A DNA stretch of 64,000 nucleotides, taken from assembly GCA_965203055.1 (NCBI GenBank), contig OZ241863.1:2624001-2688000 (forward strand), read 5' to 3'. The notes beneath the pieces are model-generated. The model was not told the DNA's origin, did no database searches, and saw only the letters and a list, made by a program, of their open reading frames with translations. The stretch is from Spirochaetia bacterium (GTDB lineage: Bacteria; Spirochaetota; Spirochaetia; SZUA-6; Bin103). The first letter of the stretch is position 1. Each line of letters opens with the position of its first letter. The translations under genes and the position numbers were made by a program. Below are positions 20,251-28,722 of this stretch, one piece after another.

Positions 20251-22821
20251 ATGCAGCCCGCCCCCGAGTCCCCCGAGTACCCCTCCCCCGAGCGCATTGC
20301 GGAGCTCGCGGCATCGCTGCCGGTCTCCCGCCACCGCCGTCAGATCCTGGACCAGCTTGCCGCCAGCCCGGTCGTCGTCGTCGAGAGCCCGACCGGGTCG
20401 GGCAAGACTACCCAACTGCCGCGCATTCTCTACGATGCCGGCTACACGGCGAACGGCCAAGTCGGCGTGACCCAGCCGCGCCGGATCGCGGCCGTCTCGG
20501 TGACCGACTTCGTACGCGCGCAACTCGCCGCCGACGGCCGCGACCGCGCCGCCGCCGCCTACAAGATGCGCTTCGAGGACACCACCGGCGAGCGCACCCG
20601 GATCAAGATCATGACCGACGGGGTCCTGCTGCAGGAACTCAAGCATGACCGCCTGCTGAGCGACTACGCCGTACTGATGGTGGATGAGGCGCACGAGCGC
20701 TCCCTCACCATCGACTTCGTCCTGGGGCTGCTGAAGGGAGTGCTTGCCCGGCGCTCCGACTTCAAGGTGATCGTCTCCTCCGCCACCATCAACGCGGAGG
20801 TGTTCGCCGAGTACTTCGACGGCTGCCCGATCATCCGCATCGACACGCCGGTGCATCCGGTGCGGATCGTCTACCGCCCGTTCCAGCCCAGCGGCGATCA
20901 GGATCAGCTCCTGACCGGCATCGAGAAGATCGTGCTGGAGGTTCACCGCGCGCGGAAGCCGGGCGGCGTGCTGATCTTCCTCTCCGGAGAGCGCGACATC
21001 CGCGCCGCCATGGCCGCCCTCGCAGCGCGCCCGGAGAGCCGCCGCTGGCAATTGCTGCCCCTCTACGCCCGCCTCTCGCGGGCCGAGCAGGCGCGCGTGT
21101 TCGACGACTTCCCGGGCCGGCGCAAGATCGTGCTGGCCACCAACATTGCCGAGACCAGCGTCACCATCCCCGACGTCGGCACCGTAATCGACTCCGGCCT
21201 GGCCAAGATCAACTCCTACAACACCCGCACCTTCACCTCGGCCCTCACCGAGCAGCCCATTTCCCACGCCTCCTGCAACCAGCGCCGCGGGCGCGCCGGA
21301 CGGACCGGACCGGGCGCCTGCTACCGGCTCTACTCCGAGCAGTCGTACCAGCAGCGCCCGCTGTTCGAGCTGGAGGAGATCCATCGCACCGACCTGTCGG
21401 AGGTGGTGCTGCGGATGGCCGAACTGGAGCTCACCGAGTTCGAGGAGTTCGACTTTCTCTCCTCCCCCGGCCGCGAGCGGGTCGCCAGCGCGGTGGAGCT
21501 GCTGCGCATGCTGGATGCGTTGGACGAGGAGCGCCGGCTCACCGCGGTGGGCCGCCTGATGGTGCAGTTCCCGATCCTGCCGCGCCACGCGCGCATCATC
21601 GTCGAAGCGATCCGGCGCTACCCGGAGGTAGTGGAGGAAACCCTCATCGGGACCGCATTCCTGTCGGTGCCAAGCCCCTTCGTGCTGCCCGAGGGGCATG
21701 AAATGGAGGCGCGCCACGCCCACCACGGGTGGCGCCATCCGCGCGGCGACCTGGCGGCCTACCTGACCCTGTACGCCGCCTTTCGCGACAGCGGCGACCG
21801 CGACGGCTTCTGCAGCCGCCACTACCTGGAGCCGCGCACCATGTACGAGATCCTCAACATCAAGGAGCAACTGGAGGAGATCGTCAGCGGGCTCGGCGTG
21901 CCGATCGGCCGCGGCGGCCCGCTGAGTCACTACCTGTGCGCGGTCGCGCGCGGCCTGATTCAGTTCATCTGCGTGGCCGCGGGCCGCGGGCGCTACCGCA
22001 GCCCGACCGCGGGCAACATCTTCATCCACCCCGGATCGGCCATGTACGGCGAACCGGCGCGCTACCTGGTGGCCGGCGAGATCGTGCGCACCTCACGCAC
22101 CTACGCGCGGTCGGTGTCGCCCCTGAGCCGGCAGGAGCTGCAGGCGGTGTCCCCGGACCTGCTGGCGGAGCTGATTGCCGTTTCCCGCGCCGGCCCGGGG
22201 CGCGGCCGCGACCGCGCCGACGGCCGCCGCCGGCGGGAGGCCGGGGAGAGCGGCCGGCGCCCCGACCGCGCCGCAGGCGACGCGCAGGTCCACCTCCTGG
22301 GCCAGATCTTCGCCGTCGGCGAGCACGGCAGGCGGCGCCTGATCACGTTGCCGTGGGAGCAGGCCGCGCCGCTCGCCCGCCGGGCCGGCCGCCGCGCCCT
22401 GGCCGGTCAACGCGCGTTGCGCGGCCGGATCGTGCTGCAGGGAGCGGAAATCATGGCCGGCGCGCGCCTCGGCGCCCTGTTCGAGGTGCTGGAGAAGATC
22501 GACCCCGCGCACCGGGTCGACGGCGACTGGCCGCGCGACACCTTGCGCCTGCCGCAGGATGCGGGCCGGCTCCTGGAACGGCTGGACTACGTGCTGGCGC
22601 TGAGTCCGCGCCGGGCGGGCGGCAGCAAGCTGAGCTTCATCGCGCTGCAGACCGACTCGAGCAACGCCTTCTGGCTTTCCGCCCGGCGCAACCTGCAGCA
22701 TGCCGTGGCCGACAGCCTGGCGGCGCTGGAGGCGCTGGCCGACGCCCCGGAACAGGCGCTGGACGCGGCGCAACAGGCCCGTCTCAGCGCGGTCTACCGG
22801 CGCGTTTCCAACCTGTTGTGA
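20251..22821 (+). CDS. hrpA: DEAH-box RNA helicase HrpA
   Basis: PTGSGKTT, TQPRRIAA, DEAHER, SAT, TNIAETSVTI, QRRGRAGR, IHPGS. Confidence 0.93.
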   Translation: MQPAPESPEYPSPERIAELAASLPVSRHRRQILDQLAASPVVVVESPTGSGKTTQLPRILYDAGYTANGQVGVTQPRRIAAVSVTDFVRAQLAADGRDRAAAAYKMRFEDTTGERTRIKIMTDGVLLQELKHDRLLSDYAVLMVDEAHERSLTIDFVLGLLKGVLARRSDFKVIVSSATINAEVFAEYFDGCPIIRIDTPVHPVRIVYRPFQPSGDQDQLLTGIEKIVLEVHRARKPGGVLIFLSGERDIRAAMAALAARPESRRWQLLPLYARLSRAEQARVFDDFPGRRKIVLATNIAETSVTIPDVGTVIDSGLAKINSYNTRTFTSALTEQPISHASCNQRRGRAGRTGPGACYRLYSEQSYQQRPLFELEEIHRTDLSEVVLRMAELELTEFEEFDFLSSPGRERVASAVELLRMLDALDEERRLTAVGRLMVQFPILPRHARIIVEAIRRYPEVVEETLIGTAFLSVPSPFVLPEGHEMEARHAHHGWRHPRGDLAAYLTLYAAFRDSGDRDGFCSRHYLEPRTMYEILNIKEQLEEIVSGLGVPIGRGGPLSHYLCAVARGLIQFICVAAGRGRYRSPTAGNIFIHPGSAMYGEPARYLVAGEIVRTSRTYARSVSPLSRQELQAVSPDLLAELIAVSRAGPGRGRDRADGRRRREAGESGRRPDRAAGDAQVHLLGQIFAVGEHGRRRLITLPWEQAAPLARRAGRRALAGQRALRGRIVLQGAEIMAGARLGALFEVLEKIDPAHRVDGDWPRDTLRLPQDAGRLLERLDYVLALSPRRAGGSKLSFIALQTDSSNAFWLSARRNLQHAVADSLAALEALADAPEQALDAAQQARLSAVYRRVSNLL

Positions 22822-22845
22822 CGGCCGCCCGGCGCGCCGCGCGCG

Positions 22846-23895
22846 CTACCGGTCGGCGAGGGCGGCGCGCACCTCGGCCGCAGCCACCGCCCGCAATTCG
22901 GTCTGCTCCGGGCCGTGCTGGAGCACGAAGCGAAGTTCGTTGCCGCGGCGCTTCTTGTCCGCCCGCATCGCCGCCAACAGCGCCTCCGGCGAAGCCTCGG
23001 GAGCGGTCAGGCGATAGCCGTAGGCGCGCAGCAGGCGCTCCACCCGGTCGGCGTAGGCGGGGTCGGTAACGCCGAGGCGGCGGCCGAGGCGCAACGCCCG
23101 CCCCAGTCCCCACGCCACCGCGGCGCCGTGCGTCCAGGCGAAGCCGGAAGCCGACTCCAGCGCATGGCCGAAGGTGTGGCCCAGATTGAGGAACGCCCGG
23201 GAGGTGCCGTCCGGCGCCGGCTCGGCGCCGCGCTCCTCACGCAGATCGTGGGCCACGAAACGCGCCTTCACCGCCAGACAGCGGCGCACGAACTCCTGCA
23301 CCAGCGCCGGCTCCCGCGCCAGCACCGCCTCCCGCTGCCGCTCCAGGAGGGCCAGCAGCCCGGCGTCGCCCAACATGGCGGTCTTGATCACCTCGGCGAG
23401 TCCATCCAGGTAGTCGGCGGCGGGCAGTTGCGCCACCACCCGCGGCACCACGACCAGGGTGTGCGCCGGATAGAAGGTGCCGACCAGGTTCTTGCCCCGG
23501 CGCAGGTTGATGCCGGTCTTGCCGCCCAGGGCGGAGTCCACCATGGCGGTCACCGTCGTCGGGACCAGCGTCAGACGAACGCCGCGCAGGTAGATGGACG
23601 CGGCGAACGCCGCGGCGTCGCACACCGCGCCGCCGCCGACGGCCAGCACTTCGCCGCCGCGATCCATGCTCCGCTCCAGCGCCGCCAGCAGCACGCGCTC
23701 GACCGCGCTCCAGGTCTTGGCGGCGTCGCGGTCCTCCAGCAGCACGGGAGCCGGCACGCCGCGGCCGAACAGGCGCGCGGTGTTGCCGTCGAACACCACT
23801 ACCCGGTTGCCGGCGGAGCGCATCCGCGCCGGCATCTCATCGCAAAACAACACCTCGGTCGTCGGCGGAGAGAGGGAGAAGCGGTAGCTGGGCAT
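22846..23895 (-). CDS. aroB: 3-dehydroquinate synthase
   Basis: GGGAVCD, VPTT, DSALGGKTGIN, KNLVGTFY, LNLGHTFGHALE, HGAAV, DKK. Start placed at ATG 23895. Confidence 0.93.
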   Translation of the reverse strand: MPSYRFSLSPPTTEVLFCDEMPARMRSAGNRVVVFDGNTARLFGRGVPAPVLLEDRDAAKTWSAVERVLLAALERSMDRGGEVLAVGGGAVCDAAAFAASIYLRGVRLTLVPTTVTAMVDSALGGKTGINLRRGKNLVGTFYPAHTLVVVPRVVAQLPAADYLDGLAEVIKTAMLGDAGLLALLERQREAVLAREPALVQEFVRRCLAVKARFVAHDLREERGAEPAPDGTSRAFLNLGHTFGHALESASGFAWTHGAAVAWGLGRALRLGRRLGVTDPAYADRVERLLRAYGYRLTAPEASPEALLAAMRADKKRRGNELRFVLQHGPEQTELRAVAAAEVRAALADR

Positions 23896-23912
23896 CGCGC
23901 TTGCCGGACCGG

Positions 23913-24812
23913 CTACACGCGCGGCGCCCGCGACGGGTCGGCGGGCAGCCCGTCCTTGAACACCAGAAAGTAGAGGTTGGGCTCCTGATCGTGGGGATTG
24001 AGGCCCAGGCGGCCCAACTCGGTCCCGATCTCGACCCGGTCGCCGACGTCGACGAAGGTCTCGGCGTTGCCCAGGTAGCCATAGATGTAGCCCAGCGGGT
24101 TCTCGATCAGCACCACCTGGCCGAAACCGCGGCTCGGGCTCGCCCAGCGCACCGTGCCGGACGATACCGAGCGCACCGACGCGCCCTCCGTGCCGCTGAT
24201 CTTCAGGCCGGAGAGCTTGCCGGTCAACGGCGTGCGCGCACCGGGAATCGGCCACAGCCGGTTGGTGCCGCTGCCGCGGGCCGGCGCGGCAACTCTTGGG
24301 TTTGGCGCCGCCGCGCGCGGCGCGGCGGCAACGGCGGCCTGGGTCCCGAGGGCGGGCGCATCGGGAACGTCCGGGATGAGCAGCATCTGTCCGGCGTGCA
24401 CCTGGGTGGGGTCGAGAATCTCGTTGGCGGCCAGGATCACGGCCGGCTCCACGCCGTGGGCGCGGCCGACCGAGTAGATCGTGTCGCCCTTGCGCATGAC
24501 GTACGCGCGCGGAATGGTGAGCTCCTGGCCGGTACTGAGGCGCGTCGGATCGGCGATGCCGTTGACCTGCTGCAGCAGCTTGACCGTCACGCCATGCAGC
24601 TTGGCGATTCGGTAGAGCGTCTCACCGGCGGCCACGCTATGCACGCGCGCAGGCGACTCCGCGCCCGCCGCGGCTGCGCCCGCGGCCATGGCGAGGATCG
24701 CAAGCAGCGGCGCCAAGTGCCGGCGCGCGGTCAACTTGCGCCGCGCTGCGGGGGTGCTGGTAGATGTCGGCCTGCCGGCGGGGGGGCGGCTGCCGGCCGC
24801 GGTCAGCCCCAT
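23913..24812 (-). CDS. Double-LysM, M23-fold (NlpD-like) protein
   Basis: Signal peptide, two LysM repeats (HSVAAGETLYRIA; YVMRKGDTIYSV), C-terminal M23-like domain with degenerate metal ligands (PNLYF instead of PHLHF). Confidence 0.85.
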   Translation of the reverse strand: MGLTAAGSRPPAGRPTSTSTPAARRKLTARRHLAPLLAILAMAAGAAAAGAESPARVHSVAAGETLYRIAKLHGVTVKLLQQVNGIADPTRLSTGQELTIPRAYVMRKGDTIYSVGRAHGVEPAVILAANEILDPTQVHAGQMLLIPDVPDAPALGTQAAVAAAPRAAAPNPRVAAPARGSGTNRLWPIPGARTPLTGKLSGLKISGTEGASVRSVSSGTVRWASPSRGFGQVVLIENPLGYIYGYLGNAETFVDVGDRVEIGTELGRLGLNPHDQEPNLYFLVFKDGLPADPSRAPRV

Positions 24813-24991
24813 AGCCCTAGTTTCGGATTCACGGCGCAAAACTGTAGACACGGCCGAGGAACACGGCCGCAGGGGCACGGGGCTCGCCCACCCCGGCCCG
24901 GGCGCGCGGCAGGCCCGCACGCCACACGGCCCACCGAACGAGGCCCCGGGCCGCGCGCGGATGATTGAACCACACCGGATGAAACAGGGTA

Positions 24992-25064
24992 TCGGGCTGG
25001 GGAGACTTGAACTCCCGACCTCTCGGTCCCGAACCGAGCGCGCTAGCCACTGCGCCACAGCCCG
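24992..25064 (-). tRNA. tRNA-Pro (CGG)
   Basis: Cloverleaf CGGGCTG...CAGCCCG-A; anticodon arm CTCGG-TTCGGGA-CCGAG; T-loop GTTCAAGTC; no encoded CCA. Confidence 0.95.
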
Positions 25065-25074
25065 AGGAACTGGA

Positions 25075-25148
25075 CGGGAGCGACGGGACTTGAACCCGCG
25101 GCCTCCGGCTTGACAGGCCGGCGCGATAACCACCTTCGCCACGCCCCC
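25075..25148 (-). tRNA. tRNA-Asp (GTC)
   Basis: GGGGGCG...CGCTCCC-G; anticodon arm CCGGC-CTGTCAA-GCCGG; T-loop GTTCAAGTC; followed by TCCA rather than CCA. Confidence 0.95.
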
Positions 25149-25164
25149 AGTTAGCAGCTTGCTC

Positions 25165-25193
25165 AATATAGGCCCCCGCCGCCGGACTGTCAA
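25165..25193 (-). promoter_or_regulatory. sigma70 promoter of the tRNA-Asp/tRNA-Pro pair
   Basis: TTGACA-17 nt-TATATT, 16 nt upstream of tRNA-Asp. Confidence 0.8.
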
Positions 25194-25292
25194 CGCCCCG
25201 GCCGACGACCTTGCTCGACCTTGCCGAGGCGCCGAAATACTCCCCTTGCCGCGGCGCTTGCGGTACGCTATCATCGGCCGCGCATCCCATTC

Positions 25293-26843
25293 ATGGCCAA
25301 GACCCGCAATCGCCCCAAGTCGGCGCGCCCGCATGCCGCCATAGCGGCGCAGCGTTCCAGGCATCCGCTGCTCTATGTCGGCAGCGTGATCGTCCTCGTC
25401 GTCATCACCGTCACCTTCATCGGCACGCCCGCCATCGGGCGCTTCGCCGGAGTCGGCTCGACGGCCGTATTCGGAACCTATGACGGTATCGATATCGAGT
25501 ATCGCCGAGGCAACTACTTCGATCGGCAGATTCTGAGCATCTCCCAGCAACGGCGCGCGGCCGGCGCTGCCCAGGACAGCGACGCCGAGGCGCGCGCGGT
25601 GGTGCGCGAGGCATTTCAGCGCGCGGCGTTTCGCACGGCGGTGCTCGCCGAGACCACGCGCGCCAATCTCGCGGTTTCCGACGAGCTGATCGACGGCGAG
25701 CTGATTCGCTCCGGCCCCTACCTGATCGGCGGCGTGTTCAGCGAAGAGCAATTCAACGCCACGCCGGCGTCGCAGCGGGAGATCAACCGCCGCCTGATCG
25801 AAGAGCAGCTCCTGGAGCGGCAGTATTTTGCCGATCTGGGGGGGCTCAACACCAGCTCGCACGCGGCCTCCTTCTTTCGCCGGATGGCGGCCACCGAGCG
25901 CCGCTTCGCGGTGGCGTCGTTCAGCTTCGGCGATCTGCCGGAGGAGGAGCTGCGCGCGTTCGGAACCGACAACGCCGCCCAATTCCGGCGCATCAAGCTC
26001 AGCCGCATCCTCCTGCGCAGCGGCGGCGGCGAGGCCGAGGACGTGCTCGGCCGATTGCGCGATCAGTCCGCCACCTTCGAGGAGCTGGCGCGGCTCTATT
26101 CGGTGGACGACATCGCCACCGGCGGTGACGTCGGGTGGAAGTACTTCTACGATCTGGAGCGCGACTTCGAAACGGCGGAGCCGGTGGAGGCGGTGTTCGC
26201 GCTGGCCGCGGGGGAGCACAGCGAGGCGCTGGCCAGCCGCTTCGGAGAAGTGATCTACCGCGCCGACACCGCGGCGGTGGCGCCCGACTTCGCCGATGCC
26301 GAGACACTGGCGGCGGTGCAGGACTATCTCAGCCGCTACCAGCGCGGCGTGATCGACGACTACTACGCCGCGCAGGCCGCGCAGTTCCGGCAGCGGGCCC
26401 AGGACGACGGTTTCGCCGCCGCCGCCGCCGCCCTGGAGGTGGAGGTGGTCGAGAGTGACTTCTTCCCGGTCAACTTCCGCAACCTGATTCCCGTGAGCGG
26501 CGTGCGCGCCGGCGACAGCGGCGTATTGCGCGCCGCACCCTACTACGAGGAGTTCTTCAAGCGCGCCTTCAGCCTGGAGCCAGGCCAGGTGTCGGACCCG
26601 ATCGTGCTGGACGCCCAGATCCTGGTACTGGAATTGCTGGAGGAACGGAGCGCCGACGAGGCGGCGCTGGACCGGGTGGAGAGTTATCACGCCTACTTCG
26701 CGGCCTCGGCCCTGGATCAGGACCTGCGCGCGCAGGTGTACGATTCGAACCGCTTGGTGGACGACTTCGAAGAGGGTTACCGCGGCTTTCTGCGCGCTCT
26801 GGCCACACCGGTCCAGGGCCCGCCCACGCAGGCCGCGTTCTAG
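25293..26843 (+). CDS. SurA/PpiD-like periplasmic chaperone, parvulin-type PPIase
   Basis: N-terminal TM anchor, SurA-N-like region, parvulin motif TFEELARLYSVD...GGDVGW. Confidence 0.8.
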   Translation: MAKTRNRPKSARPHAAIAAQRSRHPLLYVGSVIVLVVITVTFIGTPAIGRFAGVGSTAVFGTYDGIDIEYRRGNYFDRQILSISQQRRAAGAAQDSDAEARAVVREAFQRAAFRTAVLAETTRANLAVSDELIDGELIRSGPYLIGGVFSEEQFNATPASQREINRRLIEEQLLERQYFADLGGLNTSSHAASFFRRMAATERRFAVASFSFGDLPEEELRAFGTDNAAQFRRIKLSRILLRSGGGEAEDVLGRLRDQSATFEELARLYSVDDIATGGDVGWKYFYDLERDFETAEPVEAVFALAAGEHSEALASRFGEVIYRADTAAVAPDFADAETLAAVQDYLSRYQRGVIDDYYAAQAAQFRQRAQDDGFAAAAAALEVEVVESDFFPVNFRNLIPVSGVRAGDSGVLRAAPYYEEFFKRAFSLEPGQVSDPIVLDAQILVLELLEERSADEAALDRVESYHAYFAASALDQDLRAQVYDSNRLVDDFEEGYRGFLRALATPVQGPPTQAAF

Positions 26844-26871
26844 CGGGCCCTATAGCTTAGCTTAACTAGTT

Positions 26872-28722
26872 TCAGTCCGCGGCCGGCTTGAGCACCGCCA
26901 GGAACGCGGACTTGGGCAACTGCACGTCGCCGATCTGCTTCATCCGCTTCTTGCCCTCCTTCTGGCGCTCCAGCAGCTTGCGCTTGCGCGTGATGTCACC
27001 GCCGTAGCACTTGGCGGTAACGTCCTTGCGCACCGCGGACACGGTCTCGCGCGCAATGATCTGGCTGCCGACCGCCCCCTGGATCGGCACCTTGAACTGA
27101 TGGCGGGGAATCTCGTCTTTCAGGCGCCGGCACATCTCATGCGCGCGCTGGCGCGCGCTGTCGGTGAACACCAGTTGCGCCAGGGCATCCACGGCGCGGC
27201 CGTTGAGCAGAATGTCGAGCCGCACCAGACGGGAGGCGCGGTACCCGGTCAACTCGTAGTCGAATGACGCGTACCCGCGGCTGGCCGACTTGAGGGTGTC
27301 GTAGAACTCGTACACCACGTCGGCCAGCGGCATGTCGTATACCAGCTCCACGCGCCGCTCGTCCAGGTAATTCATGGCGTGCTGCACGCCGCGCTTGTCG
27401 AGGCACAGTCTGATCACGGCGCCGACATAGTCGGTCGGGGTGATGATGCTGGCGCGAATGAACGGCTCCTCGGCGTACTCCACCTGCGCGGGATCGGGGT
27501 AATCGAGCGGATTGTCGATCAGCAGCTCGCGGCCGTCCGTCGCCACCACGCGGTAGCGCACGGTCGGCACGGTGACGATTACCGCCAAGTCGAACTCCCG
27601 CTCCAACCGTTCCTGCACGATCTCCAGATGGAGCATGCCGAGGAAGCCGCAGCGAAAGCCGAACCCGAGCGCCGCCGAACTGTCCTTCTCGTAGCTGAGC
27701 GCGGCATCGTTGAGGGCCAGCCGGTCCAGCGCCGCGGTCAACTGGTCGTAATCGTCGGCATCCACCGGATAGACCGACGCGAACACCACCGGCTTGACCT
27801 CGCGAAACCCGGCCAGCGGCGCGCTGCACGGCGCGTCATCGGCGGTCACCGTGTCACCCACCCGGGCGTCCGCGATCCGCTTCACCCCGGCCACCACGTA
27901 GCCGACGTCGCCGGCAACCAGATGCGGCGTGCGCCGGGTAGTGCCGACGCCAAAGGTCCCGGTCTCCTCGACCGTATGGACGCCGCCCGTCGACCAGAAA
28001 CGCAGCGCCATGCCGGGCTCGATGCAGCCGTCGAACAGCCGGACGTGGATCACTACCCCCCGGTAGGGATCGTAGGCGGAGTCGAAGATCAGGGCGCGCA
28101 GGGGATCGTCCGCGCCGCCGCCGGGCGGCGGCACCTGCGTGACGATTGCCTCCAGCAGCTCGTCCATGCCGGTGCCGTGCTTGGCCGACACGCGGATGGC
28201 GCGGTCCGCATCCAGCCCGAGGTCGCGTTCGATCTGCTCCGCCAGCCAGTCGTAGTCCACCCCCGGCAGGTCGGTCTTGTTGATCACCGGAATGATCTCC
28301 AACTCCTGCTCCAGCGCCAGATAGAAGTTGGACAGCGTCTGCGCTTCGACCCCCTGCGTGGCATCGATCAACAGCAACGCGCCCTCGCACGAACTGATGG
28401 CCCGCGACACCTCGTAGGTGAAGTCGACGTGGCCGGGGGTGTCCACCAGGTTGAGGCGGTATTCGGTGCCGTTCACCCGGCAGGGAAGCGATACCGCCTG
28501 CGACTTGATGGTGATGCCGCGCTCCCGTTCGATCGGCATGGAGTCGAGCATCTGATCGTGGAAGTCACGTTCCGACACCATGCGGGCGCGCTGGATGAAG
28601 CGGTCGGCCAAGGTGGACTTGCCGTGGTCGATATGGGCGATGATGCAGAAATTGCGGGTGGTCCGGCGCGCCCTCCCGGCCTGATCCGCGCCGCCGGTCC
28701 CGCCGGTACCGCTAGAGAAAAT
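26872..28722 (-). CDS. lepA: Translation elongation factor 4 (LepA); start codon uncertain, candidate ATT at 28722
   Basis: RNFCIIAHIDHGKSTLADR lies in frame upstream of the track's TTG 28611; also RERGITIK, DTPGH, NKTD, GFRCGFLGMLH, KCYGGDITRKRKLL. Confidence 0.93.
   Translation of the reverse strand: MFSSGTGGTGGADQAGRARRTTRNFCIIAHIDHGKSTLADRFIQRARMVSERDFHDQMLDSMPIERERGITIKSQAVSLPCRVNGTEYRLNLVDTPGHVDFTYEVSRAISSCEGALLLIDATQGVEAQTLSNFYLALEQELEIIPVINKTDLPGVDYDWLAEQIERDLGLDADRAIRVSAKHGTGMDELLEAIVTQVPPPGGGADDPLRALIFDSAYDPYRGVVIHVRLFDGCIEPGMALRFWSTGGVHTVEETGTFGVGTTRRTPHLVAGDVGYVVAGVKRIADARVGDTVTADDAPCSAPLAGFREVKPVVFASVYPVDADDYDQLTAALDRLALNDAALSYEKDSSAALGFGFRCGFLGMLHLEIVQERLEREFDLAVIVTVPTVRYRVVATDGRELLIDNPLDYPDPAQVEYAEEPFIRASIITPTDYVGAVIRLCLDKRGVQHAMNYLDERRVELVYDMPLADVVYEFYDTLKSASRGYASFDYELTGYRASRLVRLDILLNGRAVDALAQLVFTDSARQRAHEMCRRLKDEIPRHQFKVPIQGAVGSQIIARETVSAVRKDVTAKCYGGDITRKRKLLERQKEGKKRMKQIGDVQLPKSAFLAVLKPAAD

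Noticed and set aside
19060..22029. 989-aa ClpX 'fusion' ORF
   Set aside because: The N-terminal ~600 codons are the antisense of hrpA; the credible gene starts near 20202.
23913..26690. 925-aa LysM ORF
   Set aside because: Runs through two tRNA genes and the antisense of the PPIase gene; the credible start is 24812.
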